Part shown: positions 60,769 to 64,000 of the stretch, piece after piece
Layout of the letters: every line of letters begins with the position of its first letter
Position numbering within the stretch: the stretch's first letter is position 1
Origin: Anolis carolinensis
Lineage: Eukaryota
Direction: 5' to 3'
NCBI RefSeq assembly: GCF_035594765.1
Contig: NW_026943820.1
Coordinates: 5,836,647 to 5,900,646 of the forward strand
DNA length: 64,000 bases
The notes under the pieces: model-generated
Seen by the model: only the letters and a program-made list of their open reading frames with translations
The model's database searches: none
Told to the model about the DNA's origin: nothing
Made by a program: the position numbers and the translations under genes

Positions 60769-62514
60769 CTGCGGGAGAGAGAGAGAGCGTCAGAGGAAGC
60801 AGAGGGGGCCGGCTTCGCATTATTCGCACAATAAATAATAATAATAAATTATAGAGTGTATACCTCTAATATCCCAGGCCCTTGGGAAGAGCCCGATATT
60901 GCGAGACTAATCCCAGACACTTGGAATGATGTGTTTCTTTACTTTGACTATGTTCTGATTTTAACTGATTTTTTTACTACTGTGTGTAATTCTGTTTTCA
61001 TTTTTGTATATTTGAAGTTCTGTGCTAATGCTTTTATGTCAAGCCACTTGAGTCTCCTTTGGGGAGATAAAGCATGGTATAAATCAATATAATAAATCAA
61101 TAAACTGGACCTAATGTGCATGTGTGCGGTGTTGTTATGTACATGTAAATAAAATTTTAAAAAATTGTGTAACTGATGTGGTTCTGGCTGGGGCTTTTAA
61201 ATGGACATAGTGATAATAATTATTCTATTATCATTATTATTATCATTATAAAAGCAGATGGGTAAATTCTCTGGTGTAATATCAAGGTTGAATGTAACAT
61301 CCACCAGCATGAAAATGAACATTTTGAGCATGCATATTTTTAACTCTCAAATTTGTCTCTTTCTTCTCTTTGCCCTCTTTAAATGGAAATGATGCAGGGA
61401 CTCTTAACCCAGATCCATAACAGAATAGCAATGCTTTGGACTTTGCAACGCAACCACCTTGGCTCTCGACAATTTTAATGCTCATCATAATTAATACCTT
61501 CTAATGTAAATAGTTAATACGTTGAAATAAACATTTATTTATTTATTTGCAGTATTTATATTCCGCCCTTCTCACCCCAAAGGGGACTCAGGGCGGATCA
61601 CATTATGTACATTTAAGGCAAACATTCAATGCCCATAAACACATCGAACAGAGACAGACAGACAGACAGATGCAGAGGCAATTTAACCTTCTCCTGAGGG
61701 GATGTTTGATTCTGGCCACAGGGGGGAGCAGCTGCTTCATCATCCACATGTATTTTATATTTGTAAATAAGGTTTTATCCCTAACAATTTTGCATAACCA
61801 GGTTTCTATAATGAATTTATTGGGTTTTAATCTGTTTTAACTTTTATTTTGTACTTTCTTACTGGCTATTTAACTGCATCTCTGCATATAAATCAACACG
61901 GGCACTGCGGTCAGCAGAGGAAGCCCTCCTCTCAGTCCCATCCCCATCTCAAACACTGTTTTTTTGGTATTGTTTTGTATTTATTTCCTGATTTTAGAGT
62001 TTTTTTAAAAAAAACCTGGTAGCCAGATTTTGTTCATTTTCATGGTTTCCTCCTTTCTATTGAAATTGTCCATATTCTTGTGGATTTCAATGGCTTCTCT
62101 CTCTCTCTCAAAAAAACCCCCCATCAAATCAGGACAGTAAATTAAGAACAAAACTCAGAAAACAGGAATTCCAGACAGGAAATAATCTGGGCCAGGTGAC
62201 ACCTCCCAACAAAGGGTTCTCCCAGGCAGGAAGCAGTCAGAATTTGAAGCTGCAAGGCTATTCAATGCTAATTAAGGGGATGAGAGACAGGGCCTTCTCA
62301 GTGGTGGCTCCTCGGCTGTGGAACTCCTTCCTTAGTGACATCCGGCAGGCTCCATCCCTTTTGAGTTTTAGAAAGAAAGTGAAGACCTGGCTATGCGAGC
62401 AAGTGTTCAAAGAATAAGTTTTGTTGGCTTCGACTCGGTCTGGAGTAAGGTTTATGTACAAGGTTTTGTGGGTGAATGGCTCAAGTATTTTGCATTATTT
62501 TAAATCTGAATTTA

Positions 62515-63353
62515 CAGTAGAGTCTCACTTATCCAACATAAATGGGCCGGCAGAATGTTGGCTAAGCGAATATGTTGGATAATAAGGAGGGATTAAGGAA
62601 AAGCCTATTAAACATGAAATTAGGTTATGATTTTACAAATTAAGCACCCAAACATAATGTTATACAACAAATTTGACAGAAAAGGTAGTTCAATATGCAG
62701 TAATGCTATGTAGTAACTACAGTAGTGTCTCACTTATCCAACATTCTGGATTATCCAACGCATTTTGTAGTCAATGTTTTCAATACATTGTGATATTTTG
62801 GTGCTAAAGTCGTAAATACAGTAATTACTACATAGCATGACTGTGTATTGAACTACTTTTTCTGTCAAATGTGTTGTATAACATGATGTTTTGGTGCTTA
62901 ATTTGTAAAATCATAACCTAATTTGATGTTCAATAGGCTTCTCCTTAATCTCATTATCCAACATATTCGCTTATCCAACGTTCTGCCGGCTTATGTTGGA
63001 TAAGTGGGACTCTACTGTACTGTATTTACAAATTTAGCACCATAATATCACGATGTATTAAAAACATTGACTACAAAAATGCGTTGGATAATCCAGAATG
63101 TTGGATAAGTGAATGTTGGATAAGTGAGACTCTACTGTACTGTATTTACAAATTTAGCACCATAATATCATGATGTATTAAAAACATTGACTACAAAAAT
63201 GCGTTGGATAATCCAGAATGTTGGATAAGTGAATGTTGGATAAGTGAGACTCTACTGTACTGTATTTACAAATTTAGCACCAAAATATCACGATGTATTA
63301 AAAACAAAAATGCGTTGGATAATCCAGAACGTTGGATAAGTGAGACTCTACTG
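62515..63353. mobile_element. Self-nested MITE with tandemly repeated 3' end
   Basis: Outer TIR at 62515; inverted inner copy ~62720-63017; ~120-bp end repeated three times. Confidence 0.85.
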
Positions 63354-63448
63354 TAATTGCTTTATGTTTTATTCTTTTGTATTGTTGTGTATTGGCATTG
63401 AATTCTGCCAGCTTTGTAAGCCACCTTGAGTCCCAAATGATGGAAATA

Positions 63449-63771
63449 AAGTAGAGTCTCACTTATCCAAGCCTCGCTTATCCCAGCTTCTGGATTATCC
63501 AAGCCATTTTTGTAGTCAATGTTTTCAATATATCGTGATATTTTGGTGCTAAATGTGTAAATAAAATAATTACAACATAACATTACTGCTTATTGAACTA
63601 CTTTTTCTGTCAAATTTGTTGTAAAACATGCTGTTTTGGCGCTTAATTTGTAAAATCATAACCTAATTTAATGTTTAATCGGCTTTTTCTTAATCCCTCC
63701 TTATTATCCAAGATATTCGCTTATCCAAGCTTCTGCCGGCCCGTTTAGCTTGGATAAGTGAGACTCTACTG
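63449..63771. mobile_element. Tc1/mariner-pogo-type MITE
   Basis: Same TIR family as 1371-1696. Confidence 0.85.
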
Positions 63772-63792
63772 TAAATAAATAAAATAATTAGG

Positions 63793-63988
63793 GTGATCAA
63801 TCACAACATTCGCACTTGCCTCAAACAAACAAGAGTTCAGTCTCCCAATCTGGACTTTCCACAGATATGTAAACCCCACTTGCCTAGTTTCCAACAGACC
63901 TCACAACCTCTGAGAATACCTGCTATAGATCAGGGCGAAATGTCAGGAGAGAATGCTTCTAGAGCCAGGAAAAATCACAGCAACCCAA
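63793..63988 (+). mobile_element. Penelope-like terminal region
   Basis: Homology to 21460-21706; hammerhead core mutated. Confidence 0.7.
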
Positions 63989-64000
63989 ATAAATAAAGAA

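Overview
This is eukaryotic, GC-rich and short-introned squamate DNA. The repeat repertoire (Sauria SINE, CR1, L2, Penelope, R4/Dong, Vingi-like, hAT and Tc1/mariner MITEs, Helitrons) points to an Anolis-type lizard. Gene order: a divergent non-coding first exon (-), AP1G1 (+, complete, 9-nt microexon, intronic SNORD71), a TE-dense gap, TAT (+), CHST4-like (+), TERF2IP/RAP1 (-), KARS1 (+), ADAT1 (+) and GABARAPL2 (-, exon 1 outside the window). Exons were placed by hand from GT-AG sites, and the spliced lengths are in frame. Most notable: (1) TERF2IP appears reduced to a ~149-aa RCT-only protein with no BRCT or Myb exon. (2) The KARS1 mitochondrial-targeting exon is fused to exon 1, so the isoforms need alternative 5' donors plus a uORF. 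(3) Penelope ends carry minimal hammerhead ribozymes. (4) PHLPP2 and MARVELD3 are missing between AP1G1 and TAT. (5) There are several long fold-back structures. Comparisons to human genes are from memory, not from alignments.
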